Shown piece by piece: positions 41,760 through 53,838 of a DNA stretch of 64,000 nt; the stretch's first letter is position 1; every line of letters begins with the position of its first letter. The DNA lies in contig CAVPRW010000023.1 in NCBI GenBank assembly GCA_963707985.1, positions 1 through 64,000 on the forward strand, given 5' to 3'. Both the position numbers and the translations under genes were made by a program. Source of the stretch: an uncultured Nitrospinota bacterium (GTDB taxonomy: Bacteria; Tectomicrobia; Entotheonellia; J063; CAVPRW01). The notes below the pieces were generated by a model. It made no database searches. It was given only the letters and a program-made list of their open reading frames with translations, and was not told the DNA's origin.

Positions 41760-42959
41760 CTACACAGCCTGGTTCATGGTAGGAATGGCAAGCAGCGGGC
41801 AGCGAATCCTTCGTAAGACCCGCTCCGTTGTACTGCCGCGTAGAGCATCGAGCCATCCGTCATGACCCCGGGTGGGCATGACCACTAGGTCAACGGCCTG
41901 TTCACGAGCCCAGGTCAGGATCTCCGTGACCACATCGCCATGCCGGCTGACGTGCCCCCATGTCCATCCCTCATGCGTTAGCATGTGGACGACCGGCTGG
42001 TCATACGGATCGCCGACGTGCAGCAGCGTAAACCGACCATGGGGACACCCGAGCAGCCGCACGATAGTGGAGGCTGCCTCCATCGCCCGTTGCGCGGGGG
42101 GATCATGGTCCACCGGGATGAGCACGTGCTGCACCTGCACTGTACCTTCACGGGGGGAGATAAACCCGTCGACCCCTTGGGGGATAAATAAGGTGAGCGT
42201 ATCTGCGGCACGGGCGAGAGGTTCGGCCACGGCCTGTTTGACCCACCGCAAGGGCTCCTGCAATTGGTGGGTCGCCAGCACCATGAGATCCCTGGGCCGA
42301 TGTCTGAGGAAGTCTTGGATGGCGAACATGGGGTCAGCATGCACGGAGGCGACCTTTTCCACGAAGACCCCAGTCTGGGCGAAGACATCCGCTTGAGAAC
42401 TGCCGGCCGGCAAGGTGCCCCACCGCTCAAGCGTCTGGCGGACCGCCGGAAACTCGGCAAAGTCAATCTCATCACGGGAGGGGGTCACATGCAACATGCT
42501 CAGCGGTACCTTTGCCATTACGGCGATTTTCAGCGCATGGTTGAAGGCGATCTCGCTGGTGGCTGAAAAATCTGTCGGATGAAACACGCTGGTCACCAGA
42601 ATCCTCGGGGATCCCCCTGTCTCTGAGGTCTGGCTAGCATTCCTCACCCTAATATGACCCGCGTTTGCCGTCTCCCGATCAAGGGGACCATGGTGCGTTC
42701 TTATCGGCGCGCTTCCTGCCGGTATCGCGTCTCTGTCACCAGACAGGAGCGATCTCGACAGAAATTCCCTCAGCAAGGCATACGCACGGTTGATATCTTT
42801 GAGTTTCTCTTCGGCTTTCTGCTGTAGGCGGGCATTGGAGGCATATCTATCAGGATGCCAGACTTGGACTAAATCTCGGTACGCTTGATCCAGGTCTGCT
42901 TGGGTGAAACCTCTCTCTAAATCGAATAATTCCAGGAGTTGATCGAGACTCATGTCCAC
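41760..42959 (-). CDS. DnaJ (J-domain) + tandem universal stress protein (USP) domain fusion
   Basis: AYRDLVQVWHPDR...INRAY; then VFHPTDFS, VLIPVDH, LVVMPTRG...GSTTERVLRRIRCPLL. Confidence 0.85.
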   Translation of the reverse strand: MDMSLDQLLELFDLERGFTQADLDQAYRDLVQVWHPDRYASNARLQQKAEEKLKDINRAYALLREFLSRSLLSGDRDAIPAGSAPIRTHHGPLDRETANAGHIRVRNASQTSETGGSPRILVTSVFHPTDFSATSEIAFNHALKIAVMAKVPLSMLHVTPSRDEIDFAEFPAVRQTLERWGTLPAGSSQADVFAQTGVFVEKVASVHADPMFAIQDFLRHRPRDLMVLATHQLQEPLRWVKQAVAEPLARAADTLTLFIPQGVDGFISPREGTVQVQHVLIPVDHDPPAQRAMEAASTIVRLLGCPHGRFTLLHVGDPYDQPVVHMLTHEGWTWGHVSRHGDVVTEILTWAREQAVDLVVMPTRGHDGWLDALRGSTTERVLRRIRCPLLAIPTMNQAV

Positions 42960-43051
42960 CTCTCTATGGATAGCGGCCGAGGATTTGTCGCAGAGGCTCC
43001 TGCCAAGACTCCTGTCTGGCCATCATCGTTCCACGTCCACGACCTTTTCGA

Positions 43052-45295
43052 TCACTGCGAATCTTCGATTTGGAACTGTTTCTTCAGTAGTTGAACGTTC
43101 AGCTTAATAATGCCGGGGTCATCATCGACAGTCACAATTTGATAACCATCGACGTTCAACAAGCGCTGCAATGCCACCAGCACACGAGGTATGTGGACAT
43201 CCGGCTGGCCAAGCGCTTCGGCCAGAGCGCGGCGAGGGATTCGGTAACGATATTGATCCAGTGCCTTGAGGAATGCCTCCACGTGCTGCTCGCTCGGGGC
43301 TCTGCGGCCGGCAATTCGCCACTGAGCTGTGAAGACCGAAGAGCTCAGAAGGCGAACGATCCAGTCTGCAGAAGGCTCCTCCTCCTTATCCATCTGCACG
43401 CCGCCGAAAAGACTTCCCTGGCCCCCAGAGCCCTCTTTGGACCCTCGGGTCGTGCGATCCGACACAGAGCGTGCCTCCGTGGGCGGCCCCTCGATGGGAT
43501 TCCACCACCTCGGCAAACAGTCGGGCAATGCTTCCCAGCCCACGATCGCACGATCCAATGTGGCAAACACCCCCATAGGGACCAGCACTTCCTGCGGTGT
43601 AGCCCCGCCATGATAACCCTGTTTCCTCTGACCATATCTGACCGTCTCGCTCCACGGCACGATGAGGCGTCTGAGTCCTGTTGCCTGCTCGATCCTCTGG
43701 CCCTCAAAGACGACTTCCTGCTCTGCGAGTGTGTCGCTGAAGGGACGCCAGCGCGCTTCCTCACTGCCGGTGAGATGCTGTGTCCCATCCTCGAGCACAT
43801 GCCCATGATCGCTGGTGATGATGACCGCGCGGTTGGCCAAGCGCGCCTCATACAGCAAGGCATCGAGGTGGTGGAACTGGCTGATGGTCCAGGAAAATCG
43901 CAGCTGGTCGGACTTGGCGAGATGATCGTCCACGGCATTTAACACGACCCCGATGATCTTCCGGTCTATATCACGAACGGCGTCGCGCACTACTCCTGAT
44001 AGGCCGGCGGCACCCGCCTCGACCAATTTCCCCTTGTGAAACAACAACGGCGGATGGGCAGATCGAGACACTGAGACCAGATCGCCATGTGTGGCAAAAC
44101 TGCGCTTTTCGGACGCGCTATTGCCCCGGACAACGTTACCAGCCAGCAAGCTCGCGCGCGACGTTTCGGTCACGCTGGGGATGGTGCTGACCAGTGAGGG
44201 TAACGGCCAGCCTGGGCGATTGGTCAGCTCGATCCACCCCCGACCTCTGAGATCATCAGAGAGCTCACGAAAGACGGCATAATTCATCCCATCGATGACC
44301 AGGAGCAAGACTGGCGTGGCTGCCGCCAGCTCGGCGACGATCGCCGACAAGGCCTTTTCGATGGGCAATAGCCCCTCCATCATGACAGGAGCCTTGTGCC
44401 AATCAGCCAAAAGATTTGCGAACACCTGGTTCTGACGCTCGCGTTGCTCACGAACGCGGCTGGCGAGCGTCCTATATGCCCTCGCCAGCGTTTCGATCTC
44501 ATCACCGCCGGTCGATAGCATGTGCCACGCCAGATAGGGCTCTAGACGGGCACGCGCCTGCGCGATACCCAGGTGGGTGCGTCCCTGTGGAGCAAAAAGG
44601 ATTTCACACACCAGACCGATGGGCAGCAACAGATCGCCATAGCCTGCGTCAAGCGCATTGAGCATGACGGCGCCAATGTCGCCAGCGCTGTCCTCGACAC
44701 GCTGCCGTAGTCCAACATACCATTCATGGACGAGGGCTTCATAACGGTGCAGGTTCTGAGCCCACAGACTCCACTGTATCAAGGCCAGCGCATCCGGACG
44801 TCCGTCGGGAAGCCCAAGATGCTGCTGGCACAGATGCGTCCAGACCGTATCGGCATCGAGCATGCCGCTGGTGACCGGCGGATAACCGCCGTCGGGCACC
44901 TTCTGCAACAGGGCATCGGCGATCCAGCCGTGGGTCACAAGGCGTGGATCGAGCTGTCGGGCACGGAAGAGGTCTCGCACCATTTGCCACCGGTCGATGC
45001 GGTGCAATCGCCTGCTGGCCAACCGCGCCATGACATCGAGGCTCAACTGGCTCTCTTCGATATTGGTGATCAGTACCAGCGGCAGGGCGTCTTCGGGATG
45101 GCTGGCCAGAACCTCGCTGACCTGCAGTGCCGAGGTGCAAAACGCCACCGGCAAGCGCTCCCCATTCACCCGCAGCTCGGTCCCTCCAAGCCAGATTCCC
45201 GGTGTGTAGATTCCGATCACGGAGGCCTTGGACGCATGACGGCGAATCAATGCCACTCGTGTCGCGACCTGATCTGGTGTCGGTCCAGTCATCAT
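43052..45295 (-). CDS. pglZ: BREX type 2 phosphatase-domain protein PglZ (possible in-frame internal deletion)
   Basis: LLVIDGMNY, PSVTETSRASL, VLNAVDDHL, TSDHGH, GYHGG, LLNVDGY; follows pglY. Confidence 0.92.
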   Translation of the reverse strand: MMTGPTPDQVATRVALIRRHASKASVIGIYTPGIWLGGTELRVNGERLPVAFCTSALQVSEVLASHPEDALPLVLITNIEESQLSLDVMARLASRRLHRIDRWQMVRDLFRARQLDPRLVTHGWIADALLQKVPDGGYPPVTSGMLDADTVWTHLCQQHLGLPDGRPDALALIQWSLWAQNLHRYEALVHEWYVGLRQRVEDSAGDIGAVMLNALDAGYGDLLLPIGLVCEILFAPQGRTHLGIAQARARLEPYLAWHMLSTGGDEIETLARAYRTLASRVREQRERQNQVFANLLADWHKAPVMMEGLLPIEKALSAIVAELAAATPVLLLVIDGMNYAVFRELSDDLRGRGWIELTNRPGWPLPSLVSTIPSVTETSRASLLAGNVVRGNSASEKRSFATHGDLVSVSRSAHPPLLFHKGKLVEAGAAGLSGVVRDAVRDIDRKIIGVVLNAVDDHLAKSDQLRFSWTISQFHHLDALLYEARLANRAVIITSDHGHVLEDGTQHLTGSEEARWRPFSDTLAEQEVVFEGQRIEQATGLRRLIVPWSETVRYGQRKQGYHGGATPQEVLVPMGVFATLDRAIVGWEALPDCLPRWWNPIEGPPTEARSVSDRTTRGSKEGSGGQGSLFGGVQMDKEEEPSADWIVRLLSSSVFTAQWRIAGRRAPSEQHVEAFLKALDQYRYRIPRRALAEALGQPDVHIPRVLVALQRLLNVDGYQIVTVDDDPGIIKLNVQLLKKQFQIEDSQ

Positions 45296-48200
45296 GCCGT
45301 ATCACCGTTTTTCGAATGTAAGCGCCAATCGAGGTCCAGCACGAGGTCGGGAGCGAACTCCAGCGCCCTGCGAATCATGTCGAAGACGGCCATAGCCCCC
45401 TGCCTGTCGAGGCCGTGCTGGGAGCCAGTAAGGTCGCCGGCCGGTGGGGGCGTCGGGCGGGGTGGTGGCCGTGGCGATGGTTGCGGATCCGCGGGGATGT
45501 CTTTGACCACCTCGCTAATCAAACTCAGCGCAGCGGACTGCGCGTCCTGTAAACTCCCCGCCAGGGGCACCACATGCTCGTCCCGCGCCAGCGCATCCTT
45601 CACCTGCTCGATAATAGCGGCTGCTTCCGGTGCCCGCTCCTGGGGCAACTGAGCTAATCGTGTCAAACAGTCGCCACTGTGTGACGCCAAGTGCAGTCGC
45701 CAAATCGGCAGCCTTCTTGATGGACGCCCCCATGGCCACCTCAGAGGTCGCAACGGAGGCCCCGGCCATGACCTCGATGACCTGATCTTTACTGGCCTCG
45801 ATGATGCCGCTTAAAAACGCCAGGGCTGCCTGCGCCGTTTGCAGACGCGGAGCCGCGCCCGTCTCGACAGCGAAGACCTGCAGACGCTGGCGAAGACTCC
45901 TGCACAGCTGCTCTACACGTGGACGCTCACGCTCCGCCTCGACTTTTGCGTCCGCGACCAGCTTCGCCACATTGGTGGCGTTCAACAGGGGTGAAGTCGT
46001 AAGACCCAAAATTGTTGCGGCGCGCTTGCTCGCATCCTGCCATTGTGCGCCGCTCGGCAGCGCCTGCTCGCGCAACTCCAGGTCATCATCCAAGCGTTCG
46101 AGCTGGGGCTCCACCGGGCGGCCGTGCAGATAAAAGCTCAGATCGCTTTGCCAGGCGAAGCTCAGGATCACGAGGTTTGCAGGTCTGTGCGCAGCCCCAT
46201 GGCCTCTGGTTGATCCATCCAGGCCCGTAGGCGGCGCACAGTGAAGCTGGTGACACCGTCCTCTGCCTTCTTGCGCAGAAACCGACTTCTCCATTCATCG
46301 CGCAAGACGAAGTGCGTCTCCCCCATGTCCCCGAGTCGCAACGGCACCGCTATGCGCCGGACCTCATCGCGTAACCCTCGCTCGACCTCGACTCGTCCCT
46401 CGCGCACTTGCGTGGCCTTCTGGACGATGTTCTTGACATGATCGAGCGCGTTCCTCCTCACCTCTCCTTCGAATTGCGGATGGGCCGGGAACTGGTATGC
46501 GAGGGCTTGGGAGAATAGCTGATCGAGCGCATCTTTGAGACTCGCCCCTACCGGCGGTTGCAGGGTCAGCGCCGGATTTAACGGGATGAACCGCTCATCG
46601 AGGTCGTATGACGTATCGATGGCCTCGCGATCCATCGCGCTTACACCGTACGCCGCGAGCATATAGTTGCGGATACGCTGCCGCATTTGGCCCTGCTGGT
46701 TTTGTAGGAGGATGCGGGCCTGCTCGCGCTCGATCTGGGAAAGGTGGCTGCCATATTGATTGAGGTTATTGCCTGAGAGGATGTGATCGAGCAAGACGAG
46801 CCGCCCGAGGTCCTCCATGGCCTTCGGGGTGAAGAAGGCCGCCAGCCATACCAGACAGTTGGACGGCTGGCCGATGGCCTGGAATTTCTGTATCTGGGCA
46901 CGGTCGTCGTTAGGCGTATAATTTTCCCGGTCAAAAGGGAAATCGACGACGATGCGCCATAGGCCTTCCTGAGCCCTCAGGCTATCCAGTGATAATTCGC
47001 GGACGTTCCCGAACAGGATTTCGCACGTACGGCGGCTGCCGCGCCAGAGGACTTCATAGCGGGGCAGGAAGAGCCCTCCGTTCTCGTCCAGGCCGAGTTG
47101 CTCGTTGAGCAGGCTGCGGATCTTGCGAATCCGGTTGCCATAGCTATCGAATCCCTGGGCGTTCGCCACAATCCCCTCGGTATCGATGCCGACGATGTGG
47201 AGCGAGATGATAGGGTTACCTGCGTCTTCGGAAATCTTGATTTCCCCGACTTGCGCGGCCCAATGGCGACACTTATTCAGGACGATCTGACTCTCCTGGC
47301 CCGGAATCGGCGAGCGCACGGTGCCATGGTTCAATGCGGCGAGACGGCTGGACGTGAGCGCGCGTAAAGCCTCAACCTCGGGTGCGAGTGCTGAGAGAAT
47401 TAACGTCTTGAGCAGACGGTCATCGTTACGAAAGCGTTGGGCGACGGCGGCGTCTACGTTGCCTTCCCTGACATCCTGGGCCGTCACGTGGTGTTCCTGC
47501 TCGAGTATGGGGAGGAGCTTCTGCCGATAGAGCTTCTTGGCATTGTCGAAATTGAGGCGCATCGCCTGCGTGAAGGGCTCATCCCCTTCGAGGATGACAT
47601 CGAAGAGATCGCCCACCGGCACGATGTCATCGAGCTCAAGGCTGTCACGCTGATTGACCAGCAACTGCAGCATCAGCTTCAAGGCGGTACGCTCGCGTTG
47701 CAGCAGCGCCGAGATGGCGACGAGGGTCTGCACCAGGACGGGGCTGAAGGGATAGACCTGCCGGAACATGTCGCGATCTCCGGCGCGGGTGAGCAGGACG
47801 TTCATCACCTCTTCGCGCACGCGGGCGGTCTTATCGAAAGCCTCCTTGAGCAGTTGCGCCGCCTGCGGAGATTTCGGACGCAACAGCCGTTTTTCGACAA
47901 TGGCCGGGAGGTTGCGATCTTCGAGCGTGATCTCATCGAAACGTGCCTCCCACCAGTTCAGTACATCGGCAAAGCCCAGCTGTTCCGCTCCTGGCAGGTG
48001 CTCTCCCACGAGCTCTCGCAGATCCCGTTGCCGGGCGATGAAGCTGACGATGGGGATCGGCCGTTCGGCGGCCATGGCTTCGACCAGCTTGGCAACCTTC
48101 TGCCCTTCACGGTTGACGAAGGCGAGGTCGGCAGCATGGCTGGCGAGCCACAGGATCAGCTCATCCAGGAACAGGACGATGGCATCGTAGCCCAGGGCCT

Positions 48201-48960
48201 GCGCATGCTTCGACATGATCGCCAGGCCTTCATCGAGCGAGACAAACCCCTCACCACCTGCGGCGGCGATATCACGGGCGGCCTCAAAGAACGCATCCAC
48301 CAGGTCACCGATCAACCGAATGCGCTCGTCGGCGGTGGGCGGCGCATCCATCGCCGCCTCGAAGCTGGTCGCGTCCCAACCGACGCCGAGCCTACCCCAG
48401 CCATCCGCATCGCCACCGTCGCGACTGAGTCGGGCGAAAAAGACCTCATCTCCCATCGTCTCCCGTAGACGACGCGCATCGGCGAACAGGCTTTCAGCCT
48501 GGTAGAACCCCGGCGTCGGGGACTCAGGGTGGCGCGTGCGGATGTAGTGTGCATAATGGCCGAGCACAGCCGATTCGAGGCTGGGTGAGCCGATCAGATG
48601 GTAAGGCACGACGAGAACATTGCGCCCCTCGGTCCAGGCATTGTGCTTGGCGATGACTGGTGCGAGCTCGGGGATGGAGCGGGCGTCGGGATTCCCTTGC
48701 AACAGGAGCGTCAGCACGGCCATGAAATGGCTCTTCCCACTGCCGAAGCTGCCATGCAGGTAGGCCCCTTTACTGGAGTTCGATTCCAGAGCACTCCTGA
48801 TCAGTTGCATTGCCTGATCGAAACAGATCGCCAGCTGCGGCGTGACCACGTAGGTACGGAGGGTTTCAGCCGGACGTTGTACGCCCTCGCTCAAGCGCAA
48901 GACGAAGTCGCCTTGATGGACCTGGGTGGGGATATCAAAGATATCGCTGATGAGGGTCAT
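45292..48960 (-). CDS. pglY: BREX type 2 ATPase PglY, frameshifts near 46176 and 45655
   Basis: YLHGSFGSGKSHFM, LFLDELILWL, FIARQRDL, YPFSP, LNHG; the C-terminus continues in two downstream frames. Confidence 0.92.
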
Positions 48961-49010
48961 CGCGGTTCTCTTTCCACTTCACGACCACTGAGCGTGGGAA
49001 GCCGCGGCAT
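48957..49010 (-). pseudogene. hicA: HicA toxin N-terminal stub (17 aa)
   Basis: MPRLPTLSGREVEREPR*; starts at the hicB stop (TAATG) and ends overlapping the pglY start (ATGA). Confidence 0.6.
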
Positions 49011-49216
49011 TATACAGCGACCTCGACCTGATGGGTCTCGACCGTTAGGGGGAGCCCCCGTTCCGCGCGCACCTCAAGACATAACTTGATGGCGTCCTTC
49101 ACGTTGGCTAATGCCTCTTCCTTCGTCGTGCCTTGGCTGACACACCCTGGGATAGCTGGACATTCGGCGATCCACACGCCATCTTCATCGCGGTCGAGTG
49201 TCACAAGAAACCTCAT
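49010..49216 (-). CDS. hicB: HicB-family antitoxin (short form)
   Basis: DEDGVWIAECPAIPGCVSQGTTKEEALANVKDAI. Confidence 0.92.
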   Translation of the reverse strand: MRFLVTLDRDEDGVWIAECPAIPGCVSQGTTKEEALANVKDAIKLCLEVRAERGLPLTVETHQVEVAV

Positions 49217-49434
49217 CGTTGTCCTCCGACTTGCTCAGGCTCCACGTCAACGTCGCCCGTATGGACGGGCTCTAGTTCGTGGAGTCCACGCCTTTCGGGG
49301 CTGATTTTCCCCCACGATTCTCTCTGGACCATCGGGGGAATGAGAATACGCTCCAGCCCTAAGTTCTGCAAGAGGGACAAGCGGTCTATTTTCGCCAACG
49401 CAATGAGTGGGCCAGTGTTACAAACCAGTATCAT
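49213..49434 (-). pseudogene. Truncated PIN-domain (DUF3368-like) toxin
   Basis: LVCNTGPLIALAKIDRLSLL...ILIPPMVQRE, then the similarity ends; only 73 aa. Confidence 0.7.
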
Positions 49435-49718
49435 CGCTTCAGGATTTTATCCATGGTCGTGAGATCTGCCTCAAGTTCTTTTTGCAGCTCTTCATCAGGA
49501 TAATTGAAGAGACTCACGTGATACCTGCGACACGCTTCAAAAAACTCAGCTCGCGACATGCCAGCAAGTTCGGCTGCCTTGCCCGATGAGAGCTTCCCTA
49601 ATTCGAACATCTTCAGCGCTGCCATTAAGCGGAGATGGTGCTCCAATTCCTCTTTCGTCAGATGAACGGCTCGTTCAAGGCCTGCAGGGTAACGGATCCT
49701 GAGTTCCTCCGTTGCCAT
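49431..49718 (-). CDS. UPF0175-family antitoxin-like protein
   Basis: LMAALKMFELGKLSSGKAAELAGMSRAEF. Confidence 0.88.
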   Translation of the reverse strand: MATEELRIRYPAGLERAVHLTKEELEHHLRLMAALKMFELGKLSSGKAAELAGMSRAEFFEACRRYHVSLFNYPDEELQKELEADLTTMDKILKR

Positions 49719-49790
49719 AAAACATTCTCCTCAGTGGGGACAGTTAGGCGTATCGTGCCCTCCTGTTTTCGCCTGACTGTTACCATACGG

Positions 49791-52700
49791 TTACGAATCG
49801 GAAATGCGTAGACGCCGCCCGCGCCCTCGCCCTGTCAGGAGTGGGGTCCAGCGCCTGAGGTCTTCATGTGTTAGCCCATATTGTTGCAGCTGTCCCTGCA
49901 GGAAGAGTTCGAAGAAATCGCCCATGCGCTGGTTGAATTCGGGATCGATGTCGTTATGCCACTGCTTGATCCAGGGAATGAGCTCCGCAAGTCCCGCCAG
50001 TGGGGGCTTCAGACGCTCCGGAGGCCAGCCGTCGCGTTCTATGAGCTCGGTGTACCAGGCCGCTAGCGCTCTCGCCTGTTGGAGGTAGTCCCAGCCGGCC
50101 CAGGCGACGACAAGCGTCGGGTCGGAGTCAAGGGAACAGAAGGGATAGCTGATAAAACGCTCTTTCGGCACGTCGAGCGGACCACGCAGCCGCCAATAGG
50201 CGCTGTTCTGGAAATCGGCGGAAGTGTACTTGGGTGGTGGTGGAATATCGCCGATTTCCTGCTGCTTGCGTCGGTGTTGTTCCGCCTGCAGACGCTCCTG
50301 GAAATCTGCCGCGCTCTCATCGACCCGTCGAGGCAACGAGGCAGCGACGTCAGCATCGATGGCATCCTCACGCCGCTGCTGCACCCAGGTGCGGTCCCAT
50401 ATGTCACGTTTGCGCAGCCCCAAAGCTTTGTAGCGCAGGACAGGCAGGAAGGGAACGGACTCGGACGCCACGAGCTCGGCCACAAGCGCGTGGACGTCGA
50501 ACCCCGCATGACCGCGGTACAGTTCCGCCACCTGCAGGAAGTCTGAATCGCTCTGTGCCCTGTTTGCCAGCGTGCGTGTGGTCTGGAGGGAAAGCTCAGG
50601 CCAATATCTTGCATCTTCTAGGCGGTCGAGCAACCAGTTCTTGAGAGCCCGTTTTTCCTGGTCGTCCAAGGGCTCGGTATTCCAGCGGCGCTTGTATTCG
50701 GGGCGCTCGATGAGAGCAATGTCATGGTTGCTCTCGATGGCGGCGATGCGACGCTCCACCAAACGCTTGTACTCGTCAGGCCAGTGATCGGGAATCTCGG
50801 TGATGGGCTTCGAGCGGTGGCGTTCGAACCAGGTGGTTTCAAGTTGACCGGCGGCCATCTGGCGGGCCATGACGATCTCGAAGGCGCGTTGGCCCAGTTC
50901 GATGGCGGGGGGCTCAAGCGGTTTTCCCTCGAAATCGGTGTAGCAGAGGTCTTCATCAATGATGCCATAGAGCTTGTAGCAGCGCCAGTCGAGTTCCTCT
51001 TGCAGAGCGATCATTGTGCGGAGCAGCGCCACTGCTTTGTGTCGATGTTCATCAAGCGCTATTCGGGACAGAGGAAAGCCTGCGGTCAGCTGTGCGGGTA
51101 GGTGCGTTTGCCGCTCTTGGGCGAGATGGTCCAGCTTGCTGGCGAGGGCGAGGGGTTTCTCCTGGGTAACGGGGAACTTCAGTAATCCCGTACCAGTGAA
51201 CTCATAGAAGTTTTCGAAGGCGACGGTGGTTTGCCGGGCTCCCCTATCATCGACCGTACTGCCTTTGTTATGGAAGATCTGCTTCATCCAGAAGCACGCG
51301 GTGGAGCTGTTAAGCAGACCAAGCAGGGCGAGATGATCGTCCACTGTGGCATCGGCGGGTAACTTGATGATCGGGGCTGAACGGTTAAACACTTTCCCAC
51401 CGCGGTCGAGCACAAAATGGTTATGCGTGGCGACGAAGGCAAAAGCAATGGATAGAGGGCTGCGGAAACGCTCTCGAAAGAACATTGAGTACTCATACCA
51501 GTTGAGACCACGCACAAGCTGGTTAGCCCCATAGGCTACTCGGTCAGATAGTCGAGCCTTCCATGGCCATAGGAAATGCTGAAGGGATTCTGAAGCGCTA
51601 CCGCGAAGCGTTTGCACATCATAAGGCCATATCGCGCCAGGCGTTTCACCAATTCCCCAGTCACGAATCTCGTCTCCTGCAATTAACTCTCTAATTTCAG
51701 ACTCAGAAAGCCGATGCCTGAGTGCAACTCTTGCAGACACAAGATACACCTCATCTTCACGGGTCACGGCCCCAAACCCAATCTCATCACATTTGTCGCC
51801 CAGCTGTCTATCAGCCAAAACATCCAGTTGGGCTTTCAGCTCTGCGGCACCTCCGCCCCCAATACTCCATGGATGGTTGGCAAACGTCTGCCGCGGAACA
51901 TCTGTGACACTGACAAAGTCGTTCTGTACCCCGCTGGCGTCCAGGAACTCAACGATCGAGCTCCATACTTGCCCCTGCGCCGGATCAGCTGGAGTACTCG
52001 GTTCACCGCGAATCCCAAGCACCGCACGCACTGTCTGGCTCACAGGGAGACGATGGCGACCAAAGAGGATGACCGTAGGCGTCCCATGACCGGGGATGTA
52101 CGCGCCTGATGTATCGATGACATGCGTCAGGTCGACGCGCGGGAAAAACTCCTCTATCAGTTTTTTGCCAAACTCGCGCTTCATGAAAGAATTGGCGGTG
52201 ATCATGCCAGCATAACCGGCTGGCTTGGCATCTGCCCCGTAAAGCGCCAGATCGAAGAACCGCTCGGTGAATGGAATAACCAGGGAGTACTGTCGATGGC
52301 AGGTCGCGAAGCGATCCCGGTAGACCTGACTAAGGCCCCGATCTTTGACCGTGATGTAGGGCGGATTTCCCACCACGACATGATACTGCTGCCCGAGAAT
52401 GCGGTTCAGCTCACCCAGGTCCTCCACCTGGTATGTATGCCTGGTCCCCTCACCCCGTTGACGGTGTCCGCGTGCATCATCCAGGCCGAGCTCACCGAAC
52501 CGTGCCCCATGCAGCAAGCTATCCCCAACGGCCACATTGATCCGGAACGCCGGTGCCTCCTTCAATTTGTCGATGCCGCTTGCCCTCAAGGCCTCCAGGA
52601 GCAACCGAAAGCGCGCAATGGCTACAGCGTAAGGATTCAGGTCCACGCCATACACAGCATTCAGCGCGCGTTGCACCAGCTCCCGCTCCACCGTTCCCGG

Positions 52701-53479
52701 CTCCGTACGAAACCACCGTTCCAGAATGCGCCGAAATGCCCCCAGGAGAAAATGGCCCGAGCCGCAGGTCGGGTCGATCAGTCGCACGTCGCTCAAGCCA
52801 AACTCTGTAATCGCCGGCTCCAGGGTGCGGTCGAGGATGAACTCCTCCACAAACTCTGGCGTTTGCAGCAGGGCGTAGCGCTTGCGGGCGTCCTCCGAGA
52901 GGTCCTGGTAGAGATCCCCCAGGAAGCGGGTATTCCATGTCTCGTCGTCTCGTCCGTAAAGTCGTGAACGAGTATCCCTGTTTCCGGCACTACCTGGCGC
53001 CAGAAGACGATCAGCTCCTTGGCGGCGTCCCCGGAGATGCCGTATGTCCAAATGGGGTTGTGACTTTCGGCGAACAGCGTTGCGACCGCTGGTAGCTTTG
53101 CGACGACACGAAAGGCCGCATAGAGGTAATCGCGGTCGCTGTCGAGAGGGTGTTCCTGAAAATAGAGGATCTGCCGTTCAGCGGCATGGTTCCTCCGCTC
53201 TCCTGGACCCGAGATCAATGCCTCCTCCACCAGGCCATTGTCCTCTAAGAAGCGCACAAAGACACAGCCCAGGAGCCAGGCTGCAGCAGCCTGAGTGAGC
53301 ATCCCCTCGCGCCAGACCTTATAGGCTTCTCCCGTGCGCCCGGCATCCCCGGCGGCCTGATACTCGCGTTCCAGCGCGACACGCATCTCTGCCACCGTGT
53401 CCGCTCGCTCGCGCAGGTCGCCTTCGAGGCGTCTTAGCAAACGTTTGAGATCCTCAAGTAAATGCTTGGCGGTGATCAA
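49791..53479 (-). CDS. pglX: BREX type 2 adenine methyltransferase PglX, frameshifted by an 8-bp tandem duplication
   Basis: WNTRFLGDLYQDLS, DPTCGSGHF, NPPY, GHGTPT, LDVPKERF; the N-terminus is in the 52793-53479 frame. Confidence 0.95.
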
Positions 53480-53520
53480 GGCTCATCGCTCCCGATTTTG
53501 GGTCCTCTACGCGGAGGTAC

Positions 53521-53802
53521 TTATGCTGGGTTACCAGTATTTTTGGGTGCAGTTGCATAGTCCCAGTAGCCAATGTGGTCCGAGAGCGCTTCCGCTTCCT
53601 CATCGGGAATATATTGACCTAAGCGGATTCGGGCATCATTGATAGCTTGTACCAATGTCGGTGTCAGGTACATTGCTAAAGCCTCCTGCAACGCACGTTG
53701 CCGCTTTGGATCATGGCCCGAGCCTTCCGCATGGCCAAATACCCCGCCGATTTGGTCCAAGGAGACCGCAAGGTTTTCCAAAACAGTCCATGCCGCGAGC
53801 AC
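53521..53802 (-). CDS. Small hypothetical protein inside the BREX locus (start uncertain)
   Basis: 93-aa ORF between the toxin gene and pglX, on the same strand. Confidence 0.5.
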   Translation of the reverse strand: MLAAWTVLENLAVSLDQIGGVFGHAEGSGHDPKRQRALQEALAMYLTPTLVQAINDARIRLGQYIPDEEAEALSDHIGYWDYATAPKNTGNPA

Positions 53803-53838
53803 GTCATTCTTAGCAACTAGAATAGTATTTTTCCCAGA

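Noticed and set aside
41678..41760. Integron attC site suggested by CCCTAACAAC after a stop codon
   Set aside because: No complementary GTTRRRY end or L boxes found, and no integrase in the window.
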